DNA of 63,975 bases, filler included, from Octopus bimaculoides (GCF_001194135.2; 7 parts of 7 records of this genome joined end to end with filler, not necessarily neighbours in it), one strand, 5' to 3'; positions 10,160 to 22,973 are shown, counted from the first letter of the whole stretch. The notes: generated by a model not told the origin, from the sequence alone. Made by a program: numbers and translations.

Positions 10160-11420
10160 TGGATGTACATAGCAACTCTGCAGTGGCTCCTTCCTCTTTT
10201 GTCTGTACGAAATGCAGCATACCTTGGTATGTGCACTTCTGCATTTGTTATATTAGGGGTTAGATGCGTTTCAGTGCTCCATGTAGCAACCTCTTTTAGA
10301 TAGAGAGTTTTACCTCTGTTGCTGAGTTTTATCAGACCTCCAATGTTCACTAGGAATATGGGTGCGATATCGGGGTAGGTGTTAGTGGTGGCCATCCTGG
10401 CCTTGTCACCTGAGGTAGTCTTGTGCATTGAAATGCATGGCTTTCAGTTTGCATCCTGTGAATCCATGTCAGCTGCTGCACTACCTTCTGGGCCATGTTA
10501 AGAAAAGATTGCTGTTCGATAGCTGTAGTTGGTACACTGCCTGTATATTGCCTTTTGAGGGGTGCAGAGTGAATGCGTTGATCTCTTTTCCTACTCTTTT
10601 CAGACACGTCTCTTCCTGTTGGTGCACTATAGTCTGCAGATGCATGCTTGATGATTTCCCCCTCTATGTTTTTGCTGGTTTTGTTTTCGGTTACCCTGCT
10701 TGTTGTTCCGATAAGATTTAGGATGGGCAAAGCTGCAGCTCTCTCCCCTTTCTCCATGCTGTTCGGTTGGCGCATAATTATTGTGACTCTTTTTCAACAA
10801 ATTTTATTCAACAAAACTATAACAACATGTAACAAAAACATTTTTAAATGATTATTCCGGAGCATATTCACTATTTACTTCAATTATTGCTTCCATTTGC
10901 TTGGCAGACGGTCAGACCGTCATTTAAAGAGGTTTTTGCTAAATATTGTTATTGTTTTTGTTGAATAAAATTTGTTGAAAAAAGGCCGTAATAATTATGT
11001 ACCAACCCAATAGTAGGTGTCATTTAAGTAAAATTTGCATACAACCTGGGCTCTATCAGTATTTATCCTCGTGCTTCTTCTTTTTTCCTTTTGGAATTTT
11101 GGGGGTTTGCCTTTGTTATTGTCCTTCCTGTTACCTTTGGGCTTCAGGGCATCAGTTTTCCTTAGTGTGTCAGTTTTTTTTTTCCAGCTTCTGGTTTTCA
11201 CCACAATCCAGCTTTGACTAAATGTATTGCAACCGTTGCTGCTGTCAGTGTTGCTTTGGGGGCCAGTGGTGTTTGTAGTTTCTTTTACTGTGCTGTTTTT
11301 GAGGTCAGTGATGTTCGCAGTTTCTTTTTTGAAACTGTCTGTTTGTCCTTCGTTGGTTTCCAGATTTACAGGGTCGTCATTGAGCACTCCTGTTTCCTTC
11401 ATTATGTTTTCTAGTAGGTC
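10158..11420 (-). mobile_element. CR1/L2-type LINE 5' part: ORF1 with CCCH-like finger and start of APE endonuclease, decayed
   Basis: APE N-terminus IFLVNIGGLI...TETHLTPNITNAEVHIPRYAAFRTDKRGRSHCRVAMYI; ORF1 motif [22 protein letters not shown] rejoined across a MITE. Confidence 0.75.
10762..11010. mobile_element. Mariner-derived MITE, 249 bp
   Basis: Mariner-like TIRs TT(C/G)GGTTGG(CG/TA)CATAATTATT with arms extending to TTTTTCAACAAATTTTATTCAACAAAA; TA at 11011-11012 and TG (mutated TA) at 10760-10761. Confidence 0.85.
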
Positions 11421-11432
11421 GATATGTGTCTT

Positions 11433-11524
<92 letters not shown>

Positions 11525-13432
11525 CACACGCGCACACACATATATATGTATTTTTGCGAGTATGAATGTAAGTATATATATATATATATATATATATGCA
11601 TCTATTTACGTCTGTACGTACCCAATCTATGTTGCAATACAATGTACGTTCTGTTTCCTCTATTTCCTCTGTTTCCTCACAATTGGATTGGATACCTTTA
11701 TAATGCCTTACTGAAGCATGTAAATGCTATACAAAATCTAATGCATCTACCTTTCAGATACCTTTCACCGTATGCAGAATCGTATATAAAGAAGTTATTG
11801 CTTTGCGCTTCACTAAAACTCAATGTCGTAATTCTGGTGAAGGTGAACCACAGAATGATATGATTGAAAGCCAGTTTGACCGATCGTGCTATGTTTTTTT
11901 CTTTTTTTGTTATTCTTCCGTTGTTCTTTGCGTTTTGTTTCTTTTGCTACAGTCTGTCTTGTTATTGTTTCTTAATTGCTATTAGTTGTTGTTGCTGCCG
12001 TTGATTTGTTGTTGTGTTTGTTGGTATTGTTGTTGCTTACATCTAAAAAAAAAAAGGTAAAAAAGAAAAATAGCCTGACGCTAAGGTTTGGGAGAAATAG
12101 CTAAGTTTTCTTTTTTATTAATATATTTTATTTATATATTTATTTTTTTGTTATATTTTTCTGGCATTGTATCCGACTCACATCACGACTGAATGCTTAA
12201 CGATAATGCAGAGCCCATTGTGTACAGGTGCGCGCGCTCACAGACATATACATGCATGTATGTATGTATGTATGTATGTATGTATGTATGTATGTATGTA
12301 TGTATCAATGTATAGGTATATGTGTGTGTGTATGTGTTTATGTATTGAATACTTATCTCGTCATTCCAGTTTCAAAGCACTGATATGTGTGTTTGTGTGT
12401 GTTGATATATATGTATGTATATATGCATCTCTCTCCTTTCTCGCCATTCCTTACTATCTATATATGCACACACACAACCCCCCCCCCGCGCGCGCTCACT
12501 AATATATATATAATACGCTACGTGTCTTTGTATATGTACAAAGTGAGTAACACTTTAGCGTTTGAAGCTGTTGATTTTGTTCCACTTTCTAAATCATTCA
12601 AACTGAATTGGAGTTGTTCTGTTTATATTTTGTATTTGTCACATAAGGCTTGATAAATCAGTTTGAAATTTTCTAAGTTAACCAGCAGCGTTTCTATTTT
12701 CTTGTTGCAATAGTGTCTCTATTTCGTTGTTCTGTTTGCCTTTTGAATTTGAAAGTCTATTCTATTCTGCTTTATTAATGTTTAACTAACGTTTTAATAT
12801 TCATAAATGTTGACAATTTGCCGCGCATCGCAACATTTGAAAGAGATTTCTTCATCATTATTGTAACACGGACAGTTCTTTTGAGGTAAGTCGCTGTCAT
12901 ACTATAGAGCAATAACACTTAGGTTTGATTTGATTTTGTTCCTCTAAGACCAATAAAAAAATCTTTCTCTCTAAATTTTCAATCAAAATCTCTGCTTACT
13001 TTCTACAATTGTTCTTTTTATTTTTTATTCGGAATTTCATTCTGCTATCGTCATTGTGTCATAATGCTTTAATGTTCATAAATTCAGATGATTCGCTTGG
13101 CATCGCAACAATCATAAGAATTTTCAATGCTACTCTTGCGGTCTACTGTATTATCTGTGTCTGAACTCTGAAATGATGTGATCTGGGCTACACTTTGAAA
13201 TTACAGCAAGGTGTGTTAATGCTTTTCACATCTACAAGAAATGTTGTACGTTATGGTCTTTTGGATTATAATCTTATTGTATTTTAGGAGTGATAAATAT
13301 GATATAATTTTCTTATATTTCTGTCATTTTGGCATTTAAAAAATTTTCTCGTCCTCTACTTGTCAACTGTCATCTGGTAACTTTTTCAATAATAATTCCG
13401 TCATTATTGACGGCTCAGATACTCTAGAATAT

Positions 13433-13814
13433 TGTTGGCACTCCGTCGCTTACGACGTCGAGGGTTCCAGTTGTTCCGACCAACGGTACAGCCTGCTCGT
13501 GAAATTAACGTGCAAGTGGCTGAGCATTCCACAGACACGTGTACCCTTAACGTAGTTCTCGGGGATATTCAGCGTGACACAGTGTGACAAGGCTGACCCT
13601 TTGAATTACAGGCACAACAGAAACAGGAAGTAAGAGTGAGAGAAAGTTGTGGTGGAAGAGTACAGCAGGGTTCACCACCATCCCCTGCCGGAGCCTCGTG
13701 GAGCTTCAAGTGTTTTCGCTCAATAAACACACACAACGCCCGGTCTGGGAATCGAAACCGCGATCCTATGACCGCGAATCCGCTGCCCTAACAACTGGCC
13801 CATTGCGCCTCCAC
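13433..13814 (-). mobile_element. Family-C SINE, full length, tRNA-Arg-like head
   Basis: Head GGAGGCGCAATGGGCCAGTTGTTAGGGCAGCGG...GGTTTCGATTCCC; perfect 12-bp TSD ACTCTAGAATAT (13421-13432 and 13815-13826); closely similar to 45620-46003. Confidence 0.92.
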
Positions 13815-14139
13815 ACTCTAGAATATATAGTATATCTATTTGCCAAGAAAGATGGCAGTCCTGCGTAGGATCATGTTACTACCATTTAATTCCAGGAAAA
13901 CATATTTTCCAGCTGGTTATCGACACACAATGTGTCTGAAATATATTGTGAGCAAGAGAGTATACTGTTCCCTCCTAACCGCTAGCAGTACCAACAGACC
14001 AATGGCTTCTGGGTAATTTCCCGTCCTCGGTGCTGGACAACCACTGGCTAGAGATAGCAGCTTACCTGGCCCTACTCATAGTATATAAATATAGACGTGA
14101 CAGACTTGTACCTCACGTACAGGTAAAGGAAGAACACTG

Positions 14140-14585
14140 AATTCCTAAAGGTAGATCCTAAGAAAAGATATTGAGTATGCCAAAAACTATAGGCCTATCT
14201 CTCTGACTTCACACATCAGCAAAGTCATGGAAAGGATAATCAGAGGAAAACTGATCGCATTCCTTGAAGAAAATAAATTGCTGAGTGATACCAAACATGG
14301 CTTTCGACCAGGTAGGAGCTGCCTGACCCAGCTCTTACAACATTACGACTGGGTGTTGAGGCAGTTACTCAACAACTCAAATGTGGACGTAATATACCTT
14401 GATTTTGCAAAAGCTTTTGACAAAGTGGATCATGGTGTGATATGCCACAAACTGCGTGATCTTGGCATAGCTGGAAAACTTGGAGAGTGGTTACATGACT
14501 TTCTGAAAGACAGAAGTCAGGCAGTAGTGGCTAATGGAGCCACCTCTATGAAAACACAAATAATGAGCGGTGTTCCACAGGGCAC
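14140..14585 (+). mobile_element. CR1-clade LINE reverse transcriptase fragment, cut by an N gap
   Basis: NYRPISLTSHISKVMERII...HGFRPGRSCLTQLL...DVIYLDFAKAFDKVDH...SGVPQG. Confidence 0.92.
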
Positions 14586-14738
14586 NNNNNNNNNNNNNNN
14601 NNNNNNNNNNNNNNNNNNNNNNNNNNNNNNNNNNNNNNNNNNNNNNNNNNNNNNNNNNNNNNNNNNNNNNNNNNNNNNNNNNNNNNNNNNNNNNNNNNNN
14701 NNNNNNNNNNNNNNNNNNNNNNNNNNNNNNNNNNNNNN

Positions 14739-14780
<42 letters not shown>

Positions 14781-14839
14781 GAGGAGGAGGTAATGTGAAT
14801 AAAAGAAATTAATTGTTAAAAAAATTAAATGGGAAATAT

Positions 14840-15203
14840 TGTACAGTGAAACTGTACACAGCTCCCGGTAAAAAGTGATAGTAGCCAGCCATTATGAATA
14901 GACCAGTACTCGGTCGGCAGGAAAGGTCGAAGGGGGAAGGTCAAAAGGTCAAGAGTACGTGCAGACTGTGTTGATAGTCGTGTCTGTGCTGATATAGTCA
15001 TTATACTGTGATAACTGAGTGGACTTTCTCCAACCTTTTGAGAATAATAACACTGTACGTATCAAATATTGTTATATTTTGAGAATAATAACACTTGCAG
15101 TATCAGATATTGTTATATTCCGACTTCGGAATATAACAATATCTGTCAGAGCGATAACCGTCATCAAAAGACAGATACAACAGTGGTAAAAGACCGCTTT
15201 ACA
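14840..15203 (+). mobile_element. Probable 5' LTR of a Ty3/Gypsy element
   Basis: TG...TTACA bounded segment lying 4 bp before a PBS and upstream of gag; left boundary is a guess because no 3' LTR is present. Confidence 0.55.
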
Positions 15204-15207
15204 ATAG

Positions 15208-15219
15208 TGGCGACGAGGA
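15208..15219 (+). promoter_or_regulatory. Primer-binding site complementary to the 3' end of tRNA-Ser(GCU)
   Basis: TGGCGACGAGGA is the reverse complement of UCCUCGUCGCCA, the 3' end of metazoan tRNA-Ser(GCU) as recalled. Confidence 0.7.
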
Positions 15220-15331
15220 AAAACAAGTGGAGGGAAAAAAAACATTCACGCGGAGAGTTTAAACTAATTCACGTGGAAAATTAAATACCTTGACAAAAAT
15301 GAAGCAAAAGTCTTGTGGTTCAACGTAAAAT

Positions 15332-17005
15332 ATGGAAGACTTGTTAGCTGGGATAGTTGAGTTGCAAAAACAACAACAACAACTCAAAGAACAACGAGAA
15401 CAACAAGGATTGCAGCAGCAAATGTTACAACTAATGAAGTTGGTAATCAAATCGGAGAATACATTTTCACCTGACCATGTTGCAAATTCCATAAGCGAAT
15501 TCAAATATGACCCCGAAGAAGGAGTAACCTTCGAGGCTTACTTTCGAAGATTTCAACAAATCTTTGGGAAAAAACGCCAATATCGGACGGACGATATGAA
15601 AACTCGTCTAGTTTTAAGAAAACCAGGGACAGCAGGGCATGTGAAGTATAATAACTTTATATTGCAAAAAAAAAAAAAAAAAAAAAAAANNNNNNNNNNN
15701 NNNNNNNNNNNNNNNNNNNNNNNNNNNNNNNNNNNNNNNNNNNNNNNNNNNNNNNNNNNNNNNNNNNNNNNNNNNNNNNNNNNNNNNNNNNNNNNNNNNN
15801 NNNNNNNNNNNNNNNNNNNNNNNNNNNNNNNNNNNNNNNNNNNNNNNNNNATTAATAATAAATAAAAAAGCATCCGACATAAATTTTACTGACGCAGTTG
15901 ACATTTTGTGCAAAATGTTTAGTGAAAAGAGCTCACTGTTTAATACTAGATGGAAATGTTTAAACATAGAAAAGAGCGATGAAGACTTCACTACTTACAC
16001 AGGCAGAGTCAAAAAGAATGTGATAGATTTAGGCTAGATATGCTTACTCCAGATTCTTTCAACTGTTTGATTTTTGCACAAGGGTTGACAGATAAAAGAG
16101 ATGCAAAAATGTGAAGGAATGTTCTATCAAAACTGGAAATGAACCGGGATTTGACAGTGCAGAAACTGTCGGAAGAGTGTGACAGGATATTAAAATTAAG
16201 GCATGGCACGGAAGAAATCCAACGGAAGGAGTGTTTCCACATAAAACCAGTGCAAAATAGTCGGAAGACAAATAAAGTGTTGCAAGAAAAATCAGAAAAT
16301 ATCGGGATGTAAACCCATTTATTGTTCGTATAAAAAAAGCAAAGTGTTTTCGCTGCGGGTTTACAGGACATATAAAATCACACTGCAAAACTAGACTGAT
16401 AGGAAATGGAACAAACAAGAGAAAATAAATAGTTTGTCAGCAGGAAAAGTTGTGACTACAACAAACAGAAAATTTGTGAATGTGAGAATTGAAAACACTA
16501 GCGTCAGAATGCAATTAGACACGGGAAGTGATATCACAATCATAAATGAGAAAACATGAGAACAAATGGGCAAACCAAAATTATGTAGTTCAAATAAAAT
16601 AACGTACGGTGTTACGGGAAGAAAATTATATTTCACGGGCGAACGCGTTTGTAATATAACGTTCAAAGGTCGAACCAAAAAAGTGAATGTTTATGTGTTG
16701 AAAAATCCGTGAATTTTTTTGGTACCGAATGTATGGAGAAATTTAATTTATGGGATACACCCACAAGCGCTTTGTGCAATAACATAGACGGAGCAGTCAA
16801 ACGATCGAACAAGGTCGAGGAACTGAAACAAAAGATGAACGAAACATTGGCAAAAGTTTTTTCGGAAGGTTTAAGCTGTTGCACAAAAACAAAAACAAGG
16901 ATTGCTATCAAAGAAAATTCAATACCTATTTTAAGGTCCGAACGGAACGTGGCGTTTGCGACGGTAGACCAGGTCAATAAAGAACTAGAAAGGTTGGAAA
17001 GCCTG
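15332..17005 (+). mobile_element. Ty3/Gypsy gag-protease-RT start (K02A2.6-like), frameshifted and 3'-truncated
   Basis: Gag NSISEFKYDPEEGVTFEAYFRRF; zinc knuckle CFRCGFTGHIKSHC (16345-16386); protease LDTGSDITII (16515 onward); RT N-terminus KVFSEGLSCCTK...VNKELERLE. Confidence 0.9.
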
Positions 17006-17478
17006 AATATAAGTAATTGCATATGTATGAAGGTCTCTCTGTGAGTGTATCGGTGTGTGTATATGGGTATGTATACATGAATATATGTGGGGGAGGCTTT
17101 GTGTGTCTCTGGACCATCGAATACTGAAAGTCAGACAATAAAATTTCATATGTACAAGCCTAACATGAGGAACAGTTCAAAAATCGGATAGTACCAAAAT
17201 AATCATCCAGTAAATCCAATACAACTCATAGTAGACACGCAGAAGCACGTTAACGGCAAGCGAAATGAAACTGCTAGCGTCTAAAGGTTTTTTTTAACTA
17301 ACGGAGACAGCAATTAAATATCACCTGAGAAAATAAAAATGGATTCCATTATACAGGTAAACGGTTGCATAATCAAATACCTGTATATATGAAGAACTAT
17401 GTTGTATGGAAACATTTGTAGTGATTAAGAAATAACTGCTCAACCGTAGTCCTTGTTGACTCTGTCTTATTCAATTTT

Positions 17479-17548
<70 letters not shown>

Positions 17549-17549
17549 G

Positions 17550-17596
<47 letters not shown>

Positions 17597-17597
<1 letters not shown>

Positions 17598-17895
17598 CAC
17601 ATATATATATATGTATATAAGCAACTTCAATGTGCTTCGGAAAACCTGATATATGTATTAACTTGCTCAAGGTGTCGAGAACAATATATTGGTGAAACTA
17701 AAAACAGATTACGCCAGATTAAGATACGGGAATACAAAAAAATAGGATTAAACGAGCACATCGATATTTGCACCACTAACGAACAACCCAACTTTAGAAT
17801 TTTTCCCCTGTATTAATTCAAGGACAATGCAACCTATAATCAGCGCATTAGCAAAGAAGAATATTTTATCGCAAAATATAAACCTCTTCTAAATG
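17597..17895 (+). mobile_element. Penelope-like element GIY-YIG endonuclease fragment
   Basis: ASENLIYVLTCSRCREQYIGETKNRLRQ...EHI...then KEEYFIAKYKPLLN; degraded RT-like sequence may extend upstream to about 17100. Confidence 0.85.
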
Positions 17896-18084
17896 CTTCC
17901 ACCACAGATGGAACTACTACAAGAATTTAGAACAATTTCAACCACTACTGCTACAACTACAACAGGTCACTTTTAGGTTGTTTGACCACTAAAGAAGATT
18001 CTATGAACAATCTACTGTGTCACAGCACTCCTGTATTTTTCTTCTTTTTCTCCTTCTTCCTTTTCTTTCCCTACTCCTACTTCA

Positions 18085-18200
18085 CTCCCTCCTCCTCCTC
18101 CTCCTCCTCCTCATTCTTCTTCTTCTTCTTCTTCTTCTTCTTCTTCTTCTTCTTCTTCTTCTTCTTCTTCTTCTTCTTCTTCTTCTTCTTCTTCTTCTCC
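18085..18200. repeat. (CTC)n/(CTT)n microsatellite
   Basis: Direct reading. Confidence 0.95.
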
Positions 18201-18748
18201 CTCGGCTGCTCCTGCTTAAACCATCACATCTCTGTACTCATAAAACTATCCCTTCAGATTTACTACCTACCTACCTACCTACCTACCNNNNNNNNNNNNN
18301 NNNNNNNNNNNNNNNNNNNNNNNNNNNNNNNNNNNNNNNNNNNNNNNNNNNNNNNNNNNNNNNNNNNNNNNNNNNNNNNNNNNNNNNNNNNNNNNNNNNN
18401 NNNNNNNNNNNNNNNNNNNNNNNNNNNNNNNNNNNNNNNNNNNNNNNNNNNNNNNNNNNNNNNNNNNNNNNNNNNNNNNNNNNNNNNNNNNNNNNNNNNN
18501 NNNNNNNNNNNNNNNNNNNNNNNNNNNNNNNNNNNNNNNNNNNNNNNNNNNNNNNNNNNNNNNNNNNNNNNNNNNNNNNNNNNNNNNNNNNNNNNNNNNN
18601 NNNNNNNNNNNNNNNNNNNNNNNNNNNNNNNNNNNNNNNNNNNNNNNNNNNNNNNNNNNNNNNNNNNNNNNNNNNNNNNNNNNNNNNNNNNNNNNNNNNN
18701 ATATATATATGTCTTATATATATATATATGTCTTATATATATATGTCT

Positions 18749-18779
<31 letters not shown>

Positions 18780-19844
18780 ATGTATGTATATATATCTATC
18801 TTCATGTGAGATAGATATACATACCAGCTCTGATTGACCATTACTCCAAATTGCTCCCAAAACCGTGACAGAATAGCCGCGAGTTTCATATATATGTATA
18901 TATATATATATATATATCACATAGATTCCGTCTACACAGTTTCATTCATAATACTTGGATGGACGCAGCAAGTACCTACATTCTACAATGCCTGTGCATA
19001 ACTATATGTAGACAAATCGACGGAGACATGAACGCACATAGATATATTACAAACTTCAACATACCCACTTTGAAACTAGCAATAGACTCTTCTTTTTACA
19101 TGAATAAACACGTTAAGTAACAATTGTACGTTTAAATCTTAACAGTTGACAAAAATGAAGCAAGAAAAGAAAAACCAGTAAATTAAATAAAATAAAACTA
19201 AAGAAAGAAAATACTGAAAGATTTTTAAAAAGCCCTCAAGGTTTGGCCGTGTTTCGCGTTGAGTGCGGTTTAACTGAAATCTAATCTCCGTTTCAGAAAA
19301 AAGATATATGTTAATATAATAATGAAGATAAATAACAATTAAAACAAAGTAATAACATTAGCTTTCCTAGTTATTTTTCTGTTGAAAAGTTTCTTGTCTC
19401 AAGTGGACTAATTCTTGTTATCATTTTAGAGGCTTCAGTTTATATTCAAGTTGTTACAGCTTTTGTCGGTACAGTTAAAACAGTTGTTTGAAGCCTAAGA
19501 ACACCTGTCGGAAGACGGAAAACAACTTCAATCAAGCTGTGTTAAGAGTATATATTTTATCTACGCACACACGCACACTAACACGCACAGACACACCGAC
19601 AGACATACAGACAGACACGCATAAACTGTACATACATATATACACATACATATGCATAAATATATTCTATTCGTATTTGTGTATGCGACGCAGACGTATA
19701 CACTAATCGCATACTACATAAATGTAAACATACACACAAGTATACATATATGCATATGCATATACACACACATGTATACACGCACACACACACACACATA
19801 TATATATATATGTATGCAGACCCACATACATACACACACCCACA

Positions 19845-19939
<95 letters not shown>

Positions 19940-20039
19940 NNNNNNNNNNNNNNNNNNNNNNNNNNNNNNNNNNNNNNNNNNNNTTAATTAATTAANNNNN
20001 NNNNNNNNNNNNNNNNNNNNNNNNNNNNNNNNNNNNNNN
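19940..20039. other. Artificial scaffold spacer N44-TTAATTAATTAA-N44
   Basis: Exactly 44 N + 12-mer with stops in all six frames + 44 N; six identical copies in the window. Confidence 0.95.
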
Positions 20040-20074
20040 TGTATGTATGTATATATGTATATATGTATATATTT

Positions 20075-20200
20075 GTGTGTGACTGTATTTGTCTCCCCGC
20101 CATCGTTTGACAACTGATGCTGGTGTGTTTATGTCCCCATAACTTAGCGGTTTGGCCTCAGAAACCGAGAGAATAAGTACTAGGCTTCTAGAAAATAAGC
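20075..20200 (+). mobile_element. Family-B SINE, 3' part
   Basis: TTGACAACTGATGCTGGTGTGTTTATGTCCCCATAACTTAGCGG...GAATAAGTACTAGGC. Confidence 0.8.
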
Positions 20201-20205
20201 TATCT

Positions 20206-20269
<64 letters not shown>

Positions 20270-20639
20270 AAGAGAGAGAGAGATAGCGAGGGTAATGTTT
20301 TAGAGTTGTGGATGTTGGTAGTGTTTCAGTTTACACAGAGGGTGCTGCTGTTTTTAATAATTAATTAAGATTTGACGGTAAACTATTTTTGTGCACTGAA
20401 TATTTAAAATAAATTCCCTAAGATTAAATGCATGCGCTTGATTGAAACTAATTTTTAGTCGAGCAATATTGCTCACCACTATCATGACTGCCAATGACAA
20501 ACATTGAATAAGCATTATCCGCACCCTCACCACAACCAATATCTTTCTAAAACACATATACGCAGACTCGCATTCAGATCCTATAAAAGACAGTTTAAGC
20601 TATCTACAATACTCAACGAGGCAGAGAAGAAAGTCACGA

Positions 20640-21610
20640 GATTACTTATTCGTTACCTCCTCTATACTTATGGGCTTTGCAATTGTTGCCCACTCGAATG
20701 ATGACCGTCAAAGACTTACAGACTTCTTCGCCGGCCAACAAGCGGTTTGGACTCACAATTAGCGCGAAGAAGACTGAAGGATAGTTCCCACCGCGAAATG
20801 ATTCAACAGCAAACATGGCAGAAATAAAGATAAACAGCATGGCCTTTAATGTCGAATCCTTCACATATCTTCGTAGCAGTATCACCTTATCCAACATCCT
20901 CGATGAGATATCCAATCACATCATTAGGGAAAGTGCTTCTTATACCCAACTCCACAAGCGAGTGTGGAAGGAAAGCCACTTGAATCCAGAAACGAAGTGC
21001 ACAATATACAAACCAATAGTCTTGATTGTATTGCTGTGTGGATAGGAGTTGTGGACTCTCTACTCTAGGCATGTCAAGCTACTAGCTCAGTTTCCCTAGC
21101 GTTGCCTCCTATCTACCTTAATTATTAAATATTAACACAAAGTTTCAAATGTTGTGAAGGTTCTTGACTAAGACCAGATTCCAAGCACAGATGCACTGCT
21201 GACACAGGCTCAATGGACGTCTCGAGCGAATGCAGGACCACAGCCATCTGCGGTGAGCTGACAGAGGGTCATCGACCAAGTGTACGAGCAAAGCTTCGCT
21301 ATAAGGACACACTGAAAAAGTCTATCCGAAAATGTGACATTGATGAAAAACGATGGGATATGGATATCATGACCGTGAATGAAGGCAAATAAATTGCAAG
21401 GAGATAGAAGGCTGCGAAAATGAAAGATGAGCTAGCCAAATAGAAACGTGCGCTGCAATGAAGACTAGAACTAACACAACAGAACGTTTTGTGTGTCTAG
21501 TATGCAACTGCCATTGTACATCTGTCTTTTTCTTCAGACTCCACATGAGGGTACACAAATGAACAAAATGAAACTTTGGGCTTTATCGACCGTGGTAGTC
21601 GACGGACAAA
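20640..21610 (+). mobile_element. RTE-clade LINE 3' fragment (RT C-terminus, one C2H2 finger, short 3' UTR), decayed
   Basis: AIVAHSNDD...RFGLTISAKKTE...FTYLRSSI...HKRVWKESHL..ETKCTIYK..VL..LLCG; terminal FVCLVCNCHCTSVFFFRLHMRVH; runs into (CA)/(CATA) repeats. Confidence 0.85.
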
Positions 21611-22373
21611 ACATACACACACACATACATACACAAATACATACATGTTTTGTCAATAAATGTACGCGTATATACACATGCTTATAACACTGAAGACACC
21701 AGGCAAATAATTATACATATAAGCGTACACGATACACCTACTCATCAACACACGTCCTGGCTATATACACGAGCTCATTCGTTGTGGAATCATTACACAT
21801 TGCCTAGTATATAACCCATTAAGTTCACAGTTTGTATATGATTGTTCAGTCTGTTTTCCTTGTAGAAATAAAACCTAATATCTTCAAGGCCAATTTTGGT
21901 CATTCGAACTTCACTGTTTTCAATATGGGCAAACCTAAAGCAACACGTATTTCTTTAAGCAATTCTGTCTGTCTTTCTTTGATTTACAATGCCTTCTAAA
22001 AAACAAATTAAGCTCGAAATGTGTGTTATTTGTGAAAAAAAAAAAAAAAAAATCACACAAAAAAAACACCGAATGTTGAAATAATAATAAACTACCCTTC
22101 GTTTTACAATTTGAAATTTACGCTATCATTGTTTTTTATTTATTTGCAGGTAGATTGTGTTTGTATTTTCGAGCGTGGGTGTCCTTATAACTTAATGCAT
22201 GTGTATGTGTGGAAACTGTTCACCAAGTCAATGTATGTATGTATGTATGTATGCATGCATGAATGTGTTTATGTATGTATGTATGCATGCATATATGCAT
22301 GTATGTATGTATGCATGAATGCATGCATGTATGTATGTATATATGTATGTATGTATATATGTATGTATATATG

Positions 22374-22973
22374 TATTCGTTTATATTTATATAATGTGCA
22401 TTACTACAGAAAAAATAATAATGCCACACGCTGGACTTCCCACATTTAGTACCGAATGCGAGGAAAAACAACCAAACAGAAGACGACCAACTTTCTTTTA
22501 AATAACTTAACTATGTATCGACCGATTTCGCGATTACTAGAATGAATCTAGATTTCGCTCGTCAGCATAGTATTGTTCCAAAAATATATATAAATAAACA
22601 GAATTCTCACCTCACCAAAAACGAACACCCTACGATAGAGTAAAGGGAATGAAGTTTATCTGTATATATCTTCATCATAGAAGCGGGAATACTTCCGGGT
22701 TGCTTTTGGGTACCCGTGTGGAGATAGGAATAAAAATTCAGCATTGAATATCTTCCGTGTATATATTTGATTAATAAATTCAAAAGGGGATAAAACTATT
22801 TTACAAGAATTTTATCAACAAGCCAGTGGGTGAAAAAAATTCATAAGGGAAATTTCTATTCCCAAGAATATAATTATTCGTTTATATTTATATAATGGGC
22901 ATTACTAGAGAAAAAACTAATAATGCCACACGCTGGACTTCCCAAAATAACCACATTTAGTACCGAATGCGAG
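22374..22973 (-). mobile_element. Non-coding, terminally redundant 501-bp-period element carrying a hammerhead ribozyme (retrozyme-like or PLE-derived)
   Basis: Direct repeats 22374-22462 and 22875-22973 flank a unique segment containing the ribozyme; no ORF; both ends abut (TATG)-type microsatellite. Confidence 0.7.
22510..22571 (-). ncRNA. Type I hammerhead ribozyme
   Basis: ACUAUG-CUGACGA-GCGA(AAU-CUAGA-UUCAU-UCUAG-UAA)UCGC-GAAA-UC-GGUC-GA-UA-CAUAGU: all core nucleotides present, stems I, II and III pair, AUA cleavage triplet. Confidence 0.85.

Noticed and set aside
10158-14585. CR1 ORF1/APE (minus) and CR1 RT (plus) as a single element
   Set aside because: Opposite strands with about 2.7 kb of unrelated sequence between them
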